Assembly: GCF_037042905.1 (NCBI RefSeq)
Contig: NC_087246.1
Location: 10,170,001-10,230,000, forward strand
Reading direction: 5' to 3'
DNA from: Lytechinus pictus
Lineage: Eukaryota
DNA length: 60,000 nucleotides
Part shown: positions 1-12,964 of the stretch, piece by piece
Layout of the letters: each line of letters begins with the position of its first letter
Numbering within the stretch: the stretch's first letter is position 1
The notes under the pieces: generated by a model
Told to the model about the DNA's origin: nothing
Database searches by the model: none
The model's input: only the letters and a program-made list of their open reading frames with translations
Translations under genes and position numbers: made by a program

Positions 1-619
1 CTCTCCAGACGATTTGTTATTAGGCGATGCTTCTTACATCTTTTTTTCCCCACAGTATTAATACAAATAAAAATGGTTTGACTAATATGTACCATATAAG
101 CCACCGTTCAATCACTTTTCCTGTCTGCTTGAATCATGTCGAGAACTTGACCGAGCCAATGGCCTACAGATTGGAGCCTTGGGCATGTTGCATGGGGCAG
201 TCACCCGCAAATGTCATGCATAATATTCTCGAGATATTATGCTAAGATCCGTCTGTATATATTGGTCATTGTTATTTGATAAATGACCGGTCAAGATAAT
301 ATACAATGACCGCTCATCCCCGGTCCTATTCCAATATACGCATAAGGCCAAATAATGACCAGTCAGGTGCACGCGCGCAACAAATAATATCATAAGATCC
401 CATTTGTCATCTTATAGCATGTTGACGTTATCATGACTTTATCAAACCCTTTTCTGCATTCCTGGAAATGATTTATGATAATGATGATAAAAGTAATTAT
501 TATAACATGCGTCCCTGCTATTACTCTAGCTTTAGCACGTTTACCTTGACTACGGGTACGGGCGCTCGAGCTCTCAAGGAACTCATACCGGCATGGACCT
601 ACTATATATGCTATTACTT

Positions 620-825
620 TTATTATTATTACTTATTATTTGTACTGCGCTTTTCCCATTAGACCCAAAGCGCTTACAATTAATTAATTAAATGTAATCT
701 TTTAAAAACTACAAAGTACGAAAGAGATGAGTTTTTAATGACTTTTTGCAAATTGCTAATGTTGGAGACTGTCTAATTATTAGTGGCAGGTCGTTCCAGG
801 ATTTTGAAGCCGACACCGTAAAGCA
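620..825 (-). mobile_element. 3' end remnant of an L2/CR1-type LINE or related SINE
   Basis: Minus strand ends in ...aagcgctttgggtctaatgggaaaagcgcagtacaaat followed by a (TAA)n-like tail, the usual shape of L2-type 3' ends. Confidence 0.4.
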
Positions 826-1320
826 AGGTTTCCACTTTGGCGAGTTAACATCGCGAGTTATGGCGAGTTATAGCGAGTTGCCAAAAAGAGGCACTCGCGA
901 TAACTCGGCATAAAGCTCACCATGAAACTCGGGATAACTCGGCATGGCTCGCCGGAGCTCGTTCAAGCTCGGGACAACTCTCCTTGAAGTCGTGAGCAGT
1001 TTCAAAATTTTTGAACATGTTCAAAAATTTTGCTAACTCGCTGTAACTCGTGCTGAACTCACCTAAACTCGTTATATACTCTCAGTACTCGCAATAACTC
1101 GTAAGAAGCTCGAGATAAACTCGCAATAACTCGTAATAACTCGCCACATCTGAGTATACGCGAGTGCGTTCCGAGTTTTCAAGAGCGAGATACGAGCATT
1201 GCGATCGTTTTACGAGTCAAGTGGAGGTGCCCACGAGATTAGCGTGACTTTAGATCGAGCACCCCGAGTTACAGCGAGTTTCGTATGAGTTTACTCCGAG
1301 TGCGTTGCAAGTGCTCAGAG
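820..1320. mobile_element. Terminal region of a DNA transposon with dense AACTCG/CGAGTT subterminal motifs (possibly PIF/Harbinger-like)
   Basis: Starts gcaaggtttccact and has dozens of aactcg motifs flanked by blocks of the complementary cgagtt. No matching right TIR was found. Confidence 0.4.
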
Positions 1321-1372
1321 GCATGCCAGCTGAATGATAAATGTCCAGTGATCTATATTTTCCCCACATATA

Positions 1373-2478
1373 AACCCCTCAAAAAAAGTTTGGAAGTCTG
1401 AGTTTGGCCATTAATTTCTCCCAATTCCAAAATTTACACATTGCATTGTGACATCATTTAAAAGGTCATTCAATTTTCTTTAAAATGCTACAATGCTTGT
1501 TATGATCATGCCATCACGAAAGAGCAGGATTCAAAAGTGCTGGATGAAGTCTGAATTGAAAAGCTGCAAAACGAGCAAAACAGTTTGGAAATCTGAGTTT
1601 GGCCATTAATTTCTCCCGACTCCAAATTTTACACAATGAATATTTGATATCTTTCAAAAGATCATTTGATTCTCTTTAAAATTATCACATGCTTGTTATG
1701 ATCATGCCATCAAAAAAGAGCAAAATTGAAAAGTGTTGGATGAAGTCTGAAGTGAAAAGCTGCAAAACGAGCAGAAATAATCATGAAGGGTATACAGAAC
1801 ATGATTGTTTTGTCTGAGTCAATAAAGATGAAAATCCATTCAAATCAAACCCCTGCTTTTTCATTTTATAATGTTTTGTTGTGGTTTATGTTTGTTTGTT
1901 GTGTGTTTGCTTGTGGAGAGGTCTGTATGATTCCATTTGAATGTTGATGTTAAGGTGCATGAAAACAATTGCTGAGAATCTCACTCATCATCATGGAAGG
2001 AAAAAAAACAGTGACTTTCAATATTGTGTCATTTTGCAACTTTTGAATTTTGATCTTGCCCCACATTTCAAGGCACTGCACCTCCATGTGAGCCAAAATC
2101 ATATCATGGAAAGTATCATTTTAAAGAAAATAAAATGATCTATTCATTGATATTAATTTAACATTGATATTTACTAAAACCGAGGCGGGATTATCGATCA
2201 AACTCAAAAGAAACCGCTTAAAAAACTCTTTCATCACCACGGAAAAAGGAACAGTGACTTTCAATATTGTGTCACTTTGCAACTTAATTGTGAATTTTGA
2301 CCTTGCCCCACATTTCACGGCACTGCACCTCCATGTGAACCATAATCATATCATATAGGGTATCATTTTAAAGAAAGTTAAATTATCTATTCATTGATAT
2401 TAATAACCATTGATATTTACTAAAACCGAGGAGGGAGTTTTGATTAAAGTCGGATTTCCAAACTTTTTTTGAGGAGTT
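1373..2478. mobile_element. Tc1/mariner-like non-autonomous element with TIRs and internal direct repeats
   Basis: TA|aacccctcaaaaaaaagtttggaagtc at left is the inverted match of gatttccaaactttttttgaggagtt|TA at right. Internal direct repeats of ~195 bp (1387-1775) and ~240 bp (1978-2430). Confidence 0.65.
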
Positions 2479-2762
2479 TATTTTAAAGTGAGAGCACATT
2501 TTAACTGACCCACGCAATGTACACGTACTTTTAAAAAGGCTGTTGCCACTGCATTATTACAACTTTCAAGAAATAAGGAGAGAAATATGCCTCGATCCAA
2601 AAGATCAAAGAGTTGTGGCCATTCAGGTAGGGAAACAGCGAAAGAAGATGACATTCAAACAAGGGTAGAAGAAGTGCAGGAAGAGACAATTGAAACGGAA
2701 GAGGAGGTCAATGACGAGCAGAGCCAAGGTAAAAGAACAAGACATCAAACTAGACAAGGTCC

Positions 2763-3570
2763 AAGTGGAGCGCCTCTGGCAGTCTAACCTGCATCACGCT
2801 ATCCAATATAGTAGCAGTGCTGACTTTGAAAACTACTATAAAATAATTATTCACAAAAACACCATTCATACAATGATACAATACTACGTTCATTGACAAT
2901 AAATGACATTTGACCTTGATCATGTGACCTAAGACTTGTCAGTGATACTTAATTACCCCTATATCCACATTTTATAAACTGTATCTAAACTTTGAAAGTT
3001 ATGACAGCAATAAAGTATTAATCTCCAAAATGGCCAAAGTTCAATAACCTTAAATGACCTTTGACTTTGGTCATGTGACCTGAAACTGGCATGAGATTTT
3101 TGGTGTTACTTGACTACTCTAATATCAAAGTTGATGAATCATATCCATAAGCTTTCAAAGTTATGATGGTAATTCAACAAAACCCCCAACATGGCCAAAG
3201 TTCATTGACCTTAAATGACCTTTTACCTTCGTCATGTGACCTGAAACTCGCACAGGATGTTCAGTAATATTTGATTACTCTTATATCCAAGTTTCATGAA
3301 TCAGATCTATAAACTTTCAAAGTTATGATGGTTCAACAGATCACCCGAACATCACTAAAGTTCATTGACCTTTGACATTGGACATGTGACCTGAAAATCG
3401 CACAGGATGTTTAGTGATACCTGATTACTATTATGTTCAAGTTTCATGAATCAGATTCATAAACTTTCAAAGTTATAATGTTAATTTAACAAATACCCCA
3501 ATCGGCCAAAGTCCATTGACCCTAATTGACCTTTGACCTTAGTCATGATACTTGAAACTCAAGCAGGATG
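2763..3570 (+). mobile_element. Helentron/HINE-like non-autonomous element with ~175-180-bp internal tandem units
   Basis: Head caagtggagcgcctctggcagtct...gcagtgctgactttgaaaac, then about 4 units of tgacctttgaccttggtcatgtgacctgaaactcgcacaggatgttcag... The same family occurs at 54988-55362. Confidence 0.55.
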
Positions 3571-5522
3571 TTTAAAGTTCTGTCACCAGCTAATGTACGA
3601 GTTAATGAATATGTGAGGCGAAGGTGATCACTGGCCGACCTAAGTGCTCTAGTTGGTGTATACAGATTCAAGCAGTTACTTAAATACTGTGGAGCCTGTT
3701 TATTCAGTGTTTTGTAGACAATCAAGAGTAATTTGAACGTAATTCTCTGTTTAAAAGGAAGCCAGTGAAGAGAATTAAAGAGTGGTTGGGAAGGATGATC
3801 TCGGGAAACCTGTAAAATTAATCGTGCTGCCCAATTTTGTAGTCGTTGAATACGGATTAATTGATTAGAGGGAATTGTAGAAAGGAGCCCATTGCAATAA
3901 TCGATACGAGACAGAACCAATGAACGAACAGCATTGTGACAGGCAGACTGGTCAATGAACCTTCTGATTCTAGAAATGTTCCTGAAATAAAAAGTGACTG
4001 TGCTACAGATATGAGAGATATGGTACGACATTGACATGCGGGAATCAAATATGACACCAAGGTTTCGTATTTTTTCTGATGGTCTAATGAGAGTACCATC
4101 AACATCAAGTTGACCATTTGGAAGATTGCGCAAGTTATAAGTAGAGGCCGCAACAAAAAATTCAGTTTTTTTGTCATTTAATTTTAGCTTATTCACTATC
4201 ATCCACTGTCTTGTATCTGATATACAATTCTGGAGTTTAACCAGTGCATTATTGAGAGCTCCAGGAGTCTTCGGATCATAAGAAACGTATAATTGTATGT
4301 CGTCAGCATAAAAATGATAATTGATACAGTGATTTCGGATGATATCACCAACTGGAAGAGTATATATTGAGTAGCCTATGGGTCCGACTATTGACCCCTG
4401 AGGGAGTCCAAATTCTAGAGTTATGGGATTTGACAATGTGCCATCAATATCAACTTGCAAGGTCCATCCAGACAGGTATGATTGGAACCAGGATAAGACT
4501 GTGGACCGAATGCCTCTTCTAGTGAATAACCGAGATATGAAAATGTTATGATATATTGTATCAAACGCGGCAGAAAAATCTAACAGCACCATAAAAACTA
4601 CATTATTTGAGTCGAGAGAAAATATGATGTCATTTTTTACTTTGATCAGAGCTGACTCGGTGCTGTGACCTGGCCTATATATAGGCAGATTGGAGAGGAT
4701 CAAAAATATTATTAGATTCAATATGATCAGCTAGTTGAGTACATGCCGTCTTCTCGATGAGTTTACCTAGAAATGTTAAGTTTGAGACCGGTCTATAATT
4801 ACTGATGTCATTTACATCCAACCCTGATTTCTTCAAAAAAGGTTTGATGATTGCTGAATGTGCTTGATCAGAGAAAATACCTGTAGAAAGAGATTGATTG
4901 ATTACATTTGTGAGCAATGGTAATATATGAACAATGTTTTCTTTCAAAATCCATGTAGGAATGGGGTCAAGTCGGGAGGATTTAGTAGCCGAAGACATAA
5001 TGATTCTGGATACATTTGACTGAAAAAGCACCTGAAATTCTGCGAAAAGTGGAATATTTTGATTTTCAGTATCACTAAACTGAATGTTAACAGGTACAGT
5101 ACATGCATCAAGTTCAGCTCTTATTCTCCTTATCTTGTTGACAAAAAACAAAGAGAATTGATGAGCTAATCTGGCTGCAGATTCGTATAAGGGAAGTTGA
5201 TTCGACTTCTTGTTCAAAAGTGAATGAATGATCTGATATACCTCCTTGACAGAACACGAACCTAACTTATCTTTCAAGAAATCTTCTTTAGCGGTATCAA
5301 TGATTTGGCATACATTCCTATTAGTTTCTATGAACAATGTGCGATCTGAATCTAGTCGTGTTTTACGCCATTTACGTTCTGCTTTACGTCGGTGCTGGCG
5401 AGCAACAAGTACAGACTGATTAAACCAGGGTCTACGTCGCTTCAGAGGGCGGGACTTGGTTGAAGATGGTGCACAGGTATCGAGTACCTTAGTGACGCCA
5501 GAAACATACCAGTCAAAAAGGA
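3571..5522 (-). mobile_element. L2-clade-like LINE ORF2 remnant (reverse transcriptase), frameshifted and truncated at both ends
   Basis: Translated motifs NYRPVSNL, QSAY/RPGHSTESAL, LLDFSAAFDTI, GLPQGSIVGP, YADDIQLY, LHWLP. A +4 (TATA) frameshift lies at about 4676-4683. Confidence 0.92.
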
Positions 5523-6340
5523 CAGAGGCGTCGATCCTTGGGGGGGGGGCGGGGGGCGATGTCCACCAATGAAAATATTGGGGGCAAACATATCGTTTTG
5601 CCCCCCCCCCCAATAATTCCGCATGCGCAAAAATAAAATAAGATTGTAATGTTACACGGAAATCAGCAAGCGAGATTGAGATACCAACTCGTTCTTTATT
5701 TAAAATCGTGCTCAAAATGTCCGCTTTTCAGATTGGAATATAAAAATGTTTAGCTCGCGCTTCGCACTCGCATTATTTCTGTTGCAAAAGCCCATACATT
5801 TCATGATTAAATAGGTGAATATAATGTCCCATTTTCAGTTCTAAACCTCAAAAGAACTCCCGCTTCGATTTGCAATATTCTTTTGTTTGATATATATCTT
5901 GTTCTTTATTAAAAAACGTCCAATAAACTGTCATTTTTTTTTAATAATTGGTACCAAAAATGCTTAGAATATCAAGCTTTCAGGTCAAAATGTAAATAAT
6001 TTCAGCTCGCTCTCGGCACTCGCATTATCTGTGTCGTGAGATACATGTATCTATCCTCCTCATGAGTTACTACAAACAGTCCTAAACAAGTACCTTTTTC
6101 CTGTTTTCATGTAAGTATACTAAAAAAAATTCAGCTCGCGCTTCGCGCTCGCATTAATTTGTTAGTGAGATATGTGTCTCTTTCTCATGAGTCATATATA
6201 TATATATATATAATATATATATATAGATCTAGGCCTGTGTATGTGGGTGAGTTTGTTCGTTTTGTGTGATCGAGCGCCTCTGGAACGTTGATTCATGATT
6301 TTGCCCCCCCCCCCATCTGAAAAATGGATCGACGCCCCTG
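5523..6340. mobile_element. hAT-like MITE (same family as 16668-17472)
   Basis: TIRs cagaggcgtcgatcc ... ggatcgacgcccctg, with internal gctcgcgcttcgcgctcgc repeats. Flanks do not form a TSD in this copy. Confidence 0.8.
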
Positions 6341-7054
6341 CTACCGGATACATATTGCAGCTGGGTAGCGAGTGGTAAATCGGTACTATGACCTGAGTGC
6401 AATGACTACATATATAGTCGGACACATCGCCGCTACTTTTATGTGTTATTTGTCTGAATAAATGCAAATACAATGATACAAAATTGATTGAACCCAAATA
6501 TTTAAAATGATGACGAGTAATATCATTTGGCTTCTTTCACAAATCTTTTATTCGAATTACATGCATAACATGTAATCGAAAAATAACCAACCAATGAATA
6601 CAGTTTACATGGATATGAGAAGATAATTATGTGACATTACGTTATTGATTGATTAAAATAAATATGTATATAAGAATAGGTTGTTGATGAAACTGAAATA
6701 GCAAATTCAATTTCATTTCCAGTTTCATTTTCAGTTTCATTCATTACATAAAAGAAAAAATTCCACTCTTTCACCATAGGCCATCCAAAAGTTCTCTTTC
6801 AATTATGTCATCGCCTCTACTTGTCCGCTTTATTTGTCTGAATAAAACAAATACAATGATACAAAATTGAATTGACCTTGACCTGATCAAGATTCCAAAC
6901 GACTATGATGATAGTCCTTCTTTTTCTTGTGCGCCTCGGAATATGTTTCTAAGTAGATGGCGCCATTTAAATGCACATTATTATCATCATTACTATATGT
7001 TTAAAATGACGACGAGGAATAACATTTGATTAAAAAAAATAATACATTCGAATT

Positions 7055-7444
7055 CAGGCGCGGATCCAGAGTTATATTTTTACGGGAGGGGCTATTTAAT
7101 GCACGCGAAGCGTGCCAACACTTACAGAGCGCGCGAAGCGCGCTCCCCGTAGGGGAGAGGGTGCATGGAGGGGGGAGTTTTCCCCCTCCTGCGCGGAGCG
7201 CTAAGTTTTTGATATGTATCTCATCAAACTTGCAATGCGAGCTCGAAGCGCGAGCGAAATTTTTTTGCAGTGACATGAACAATTTTTTTTTCCAAGTCTT
7301 CCCCTCACCTTATTTTATTCACTCGTCTTCCTCTTCTTTTTTTCCTCTTCTTTTTTTTCTCCTCTCTTTCCCTTCTTTTCCTTCCCCCCTTTTGAGGGAA
7401 TCCTACGGGGGGCGCACCCTTAGCCCTCCCTGGATCCGCGCCTG
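7055..7444. mobile_element. MITE with 5-bp TSD (hAT5-like)
   Basis: Perfect TIR caggcgcggatccag ... ctggatccgcgcctg flanked by GAATT duplication. An empty paralogous site ttcgaattacatgc is at 6551. Confidence 0.8.
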
Positions 7445-10400
7445 GAATTACATGCACAAAAATAGAAAATTTTCCAACAAAATGAATGTACATATTTTAC
7501 GTGGATACGTCAACGTTTTATGAAAAGATAATCGTGTGATATTACTTTATTGATTGATTAAACTAAGATAAGAATAGTTTGAATAGTTTGAACCCTAACC
7601 CTAAACTGAAATAGCAAATTCAGTTTCATTTTCAGTTTCATTCATAACTCAAGAAAACAATTCCACTCCTTTTCACTTTATAAGCCATCCAGAAGTTCTC
7701 TTTCATACATCATACAAATGTATTTTGTCGCTTGATTGGCCGATACAAAAAGAATTTCTATGAAAGAGAAGATTTCATTATTTCGCAATTTTTATCATTG
7801 CTCCGTGGCTTTATGAACGCTTTAGGCCCTACGTAAATAATCTACATTCCACAGCTGCATGTATTTTACTTCCATTATTGATTTCGTGGTTATCACATAG
7901 CATATGAGTATGCAAGATGTTTTTTTTAGATCATCGATTTTGTATTATCATCTATTCATCTTTCCTGATGATTTATGTAGAATGATAAAATCAATCACAA
8001 TTTTATTCGACACATTAAGCCCCAATCATTTTAATATTACTTATTTTTGGTTAAAGAAAGTTAATAAGTGAAAATCCAACTTGAAAACAGATTCACTTAT
8101 TCGAGGTATTATGAGAGAGCATATAAGTGAAATATAAATATTTAGAATACCTAATCATTTAGACGTTCAGTCTTATAGCTTCTGAACTGAAATTATGAGA
8201 AGCCAAAATGTCAAAAAATTTGGTTTCTAATGCTTAATATGTTTCTCATATTGGTGAACAAACATAATTGTAGTTTTTATTGACAGGCGGTTATGAACGA
8301 ATTTAGATTGAATTCATTCATAATTGCCCGTCTATAATTAGAACCCATACAATCGTATAACAGAATGGTGTGCGTGCAATATGATGGGAATGAGATAAAA
8401 TGTGATATAAATAGAAGATGAGGATATGGAGAAGATATCTATATGCGTAACAATGCAAGCTAGATGCTGTATGAGAATTCAACATGGTCGAGTAAAATTT
8501 TTCACGAACTAGAATTATTATGACGCAGTTCACATTCCATACTTTAAAGACTGAGACTACTCCAACAAAGAATAGATATAATTATCGAGAAAAATCAAGT
8601 AAGCATTATGCTAGAAATTTATTTATTGCTATAAAATGAGGCCAGGAAAATTGAAAATTTTCTTTTTGCAACAAAACTACCATCATCTTTTCAAGGATCC
8701 TAGAGATTTCTCTTTTCTTTTCTGTGAATCTTCATTTAGACAAATTAATAATATATCGACGAAACAATTTTATCGCACTTTAATCCTAATTATTCATCTT
8801 CATGCGAAACTCTTTTATTTGGATTATTAAAACCATTAAGTCAATCCCCCTAAGCATTTAATTTTCTAATTTTACTTGGTAAACAATTCATTTTACGTGC
8901 CAACACTTACAGAGCGCGCGAAGCGCGCTCCCCGTAGGGGAGAGGGTGCATGGAGGGGGGAGTTTTCCCCCTCCTGCGCGGAGCGCTAAGTTTTTGATAT
9001 GTATCTCATCAAACTTGCAATGCGAGCTCGAAGCGCGAGCGAAATTTTTTTGCAGTGACATGAACAATTTTTTTTTCCAAGTCTTCCCCTCACCTTATTT
9101 TATTCACTCGTCTTCCTCTTCTTTTTTTCCTCTTCTTTTTTTTCTCCTCTCTTTCCCTTCTTTTCCTTCCCCCCTTTTGAGGGAATCCTACGGGGGGCGC
9201 ACCCTTAGCCCTCCCTGGATCCGCGCCTGGAATTACATGCACAAAAATAGAAAATTTTCCAACAAAATGAATGTACATATTTTACGTGGATACGTCAACG
9301 TTTTATGAAAAGATAATCGTGTGATATTACTTTATTGATTGATTAAACTAAGATAAGAATAGTTTGAATAGTTTGAACCCTAACCCTAAACTGAAATAGC
9401 AAATTCAGTTTCATTTTCAGTTTCATTCATAACTCAAGAAAACAATTCCACTCCTTTTCACTTTATAAGCCATCCAGAAGTTCTCTTTCATACATCATAC
9501 AAATGTATTTTGTCGCTTGATTGGCCGATACAAAAAGAATTTCTATGAAAGAGAAGATTTCATTATTTCGCAATTTTTATCATTGCTCCGTGGCTTTATG
9601 AACGCTTTAGGCCCTACGTAAATAATCTACATTCCACAGCTGCATGTATTTTACTTCCATTATTGATTTCGTGGTTATCACATAGCATATGAGTATGCAA
9701 GATGTTTTTTTTAGATCATCGATTTTGTATTATCATCTATTCATCTTTCCTGATGATTTATGTAGAATGATAAAATCAATCACAATTTTATTCGACACAT
9801 TAAGCCCCAATCATTTTAATATTACTTATTTTTGGTTAAAGAAAGTTAATAAGTGAAAATCCAACTTGAAAACAGATTCACTTATTCGAGGTATTATGAG
9901 AGAGCATATAAGTGAAATATAAATATTTAGAATACCTAATCATTTAGACGTTCAGTCTTATAGCTTCTGAACTGAAATTATGAGAAGCCAAAATGTCAAA
10001 AAATTTGGTTTCTAATGCTTAATATGTTTCTCATATTGGTGAACAAACATAATTGTAGTTTTTATTGACAGGCGGTTATGAACGAATTTAGATTGAATTC
10101 ATTCATAATTGCCCGTCTATAATTAGAACCCATACAATCGTATAACAGAATGGTGTGCGTGCAATATGATGGGAATGAGATAAAATGTGATATAAATAGA
10201 AGATGAGGATATGGAGAAGATATCTATATGCGTAACAATGCAAGCTAGATGCTGTATGAGAATTCAACATGGTCGAGTAAAATTTTTCACGAACTAGAAT
10301 TATTATGACGCAGTTCACATTCCATACTTTAAAGACTGAGACTACTCCAACAAAGAATAGATATAATTATCGAGAAAAATCAAGTAAGCATTATGCTAGA

Positions 10401-10682
10401 AATTTATTTATTGCTATAAAATGAGGCCAGGAAAATTGAAAATTTTCTTTTTGCAACAAAACTACCATCATCTTTTCAAGGATCCTAGAGATTTCTCTTT
10501 TCTTTTCTGTGAATCTTCATTTAGACAAATTAATAATATATCGACGAAACAATTTTATCGCACTTTAATCCTAATTATTCATCTTCATGCGAAACTCTTT
10601 TATTTGGATTATTAAAACCATTAAGTCAATCCCCCTAAGCATTTAATTTTCTAATTTTACTTGGTAAACAATTCATTTTACG
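7111..10682 (+). repeat. Head-to-tail tandem duplication, 1785-bp unit (7111-8895 / 8896-10680)
   Basis: Identical ORFs offset by 1785 (8318/10103, 8636/10421, 7305/9090). No differences seen by eye, and the junction has CG microhomology. Confidence 0.93.
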
Positions 10683-11870
10683 ATGTTAATACCAAGACAC
10701 TCTCCCTAGTTTGAACAATTTGATTATTATATTTTATCTTATAAAGTTACTGAGGAAGTTATTGCAAAAAAGAAAAACAAACTCAATAATCATAACGTAA
10801 AATGGCAAAACATGAACGAATATTTTTCCATTGCATAAATTGTAACCACTCGAGATTAGTACTTTTTCAATCGCCTTTTTTGTGAGTTTGTCTTACCTTC
10901 TGTTCATGTTGTAGTATAGTGTTTTTTTTTTTTTTGCCATAGCGACCATGAACAGACGGGTAATACTGTGCCCCCTTTTTAATTCCGGTTTATGGATCGT
11001 TTTGTTGGCAGGGCTGGGGTTATAAGTTAAATTATTCTGAGTAAAGAACAATTTATTTAGGATATTTTAATGCAATTACGCATTTTCTTTATATCAATGT
11101 TCTGTTTATTGAAGTTCAACGAATGTTTTATATATTTTGATTGTTTCTGTGACGAATAGAAACTGCAAGAAATATTTTTTTAAATAATAATAATAATGCT
11201 AGAAATTACCTAAAAGTCGAATGTTTAAATTTTCAGCATTATCTTTGTTTTATTTTTCTCTTGTTATCCATGTTAAGTTTTTGTTGGGATAGACTTGCGC
11301 TTTAACAACGCTGCCGCCATGATACGATGTAGGCCTATACTCGCCTTGATGAAAATGACCCTGCGAAATACATGTAGGGGAAGGCGGGATAATTGTTGTG
11401 ACACTTTTTGCATTTTGCATGTTAGAATTGATATGAATAATGATATTGTAGAAATAAGTACCTTGCCTTTAAATTTGATTCTTGGGAAATATTTTCCACC
11501 TATATATAACTTTCTACCCCCACACTGAAAGTCATTGTGACCTTCGAAAAAAAAACGATGTCAAATGGCTCAACTTGCCCCATCTGTGGGGTAAGTTGTG
11601 CCACCTTCTGGGGTAATTTGAGCCACAAAAACTTTGTACAAAATGTATGCGGGAAGAACCAGCATGCAATTTTTTTTAATGTAACGTCTTTTCACTTGCT
11701 AATTCTCTATAAATACTTTGATTGATTGATTGATTTTATTTTATTTCTGCATTCAAGATAAATATGCAACATAACATTTAGGTGATACATTTAAGTTTTA
11801 CAAAACAATAGAGCAATAGTCATAATAAAGCAATGAAAAATAATATCAACAAGAAGCAATATTCAATTAA

Positions 11871-12462
11871 AGGACAAGTCCACCCCAACAAAAAGTTGAT
11901 TTGAATAAGAAGAGAAAAATCCAACAAGCATAACACTGAAAATTTCATCAAAATCGGATGTAAAATAAGAAAGTTATGACATTTTAAAGTTTCGCTTAAT
12001 TTCACAAAACAGTTATATGCACATCCTGGTCGGTATGCAAATTGGCAGACTGATGACGTCACCCACTCACTATTTCTTTTGTATTTTATTATATGAAATA
12101 TGAAACATTCTAATTTTCTCCTCCTTGTCAAGTGAAACAAAGTTTCATTTCTCCCTGAACATGTGGAATTACCATTGTTTGATACTATATGGTTCAGTCA
12201 AGTTGGTCCTTATTGTCAAATCTATAAAAAATGAAATATTGTATAATTCAAACAATAAAAAACAAAAGAAATAGTGAGTGATGGACATCATGGACTGACT
12301 CACCTAGTTGTGCATATCACTGTTTTGTGAAAAATAAGCGAAACTTTAAAATGTCATAACTTTCTTATTTTACATCCGATTTTGATAAAATTTTCAGCAC
12401 TATGCTAGTTTGATTTTTCTCTATTTATTCAAGTCAGCATTTGCCTGGGGTGGACTTGACCT
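11871..12462. mobile_element. Kolobok-like (T2-type) MITE, TTAA TSD
   Basis: TTAA|aggacaagtccacccca ... tggggtggacttgacct|TTAA, with long imperfect TIRs. Confidence 0.85.
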
Positions 12463-12964
12463 TTAAAAGAAAATACCAGTTTAAATGAATGCAGGAGACC
12501 GCCATCGTGAGCGGTTAAGCTTGAAAATGATGGCGGCCTCGTAAAATATAACATTCTTTAAAAGTAAAAGAACTGTCATGTGGTTTTGCTCCTTTCTGCC
12601 TGCATATCAATGGCTTTTAAAAGATTGTTTGTTTTTTATCATACATTACCATAAGAATTACCATGGCTCAACTTGCCCCATGTTGGCTGGCTCAACTTAC
12701 CCAGTCCTAACTTCATGCGATATTTTCACATCCACATATTTCCTGTGCGTCCATCATGTAATAGACTATGACAAGAATGAGAATCCATACCTGGACTAAC
12801 AATATTTTTCTTATTTCTTTATTATATTAAGACGTGTGTGGGTAAAAAGCACTTATCTATTTCACACCCTTTTTTACTTTTTTGGCTGAAATTTGTATTT
12901 ATCCCTCTAAAAAAGTACTTCTTGTTTCAAAGTTGAAAACAATGTGGTGAGGTTAAGGGTTATT

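Noticed and set aside
5523..5715. N-terminus of the 346-aa ORF 4675..5715 as real protein
   Set aside because: These codons are read-through into the inserted MITE, and only 4675-5522 is LINE ORF2.
7591..7604. Telomeric repeat (aaccctaaccctaa), also in the duplicate copy
   Set aside because: Only about two units, too short to call an interstitial telomere.
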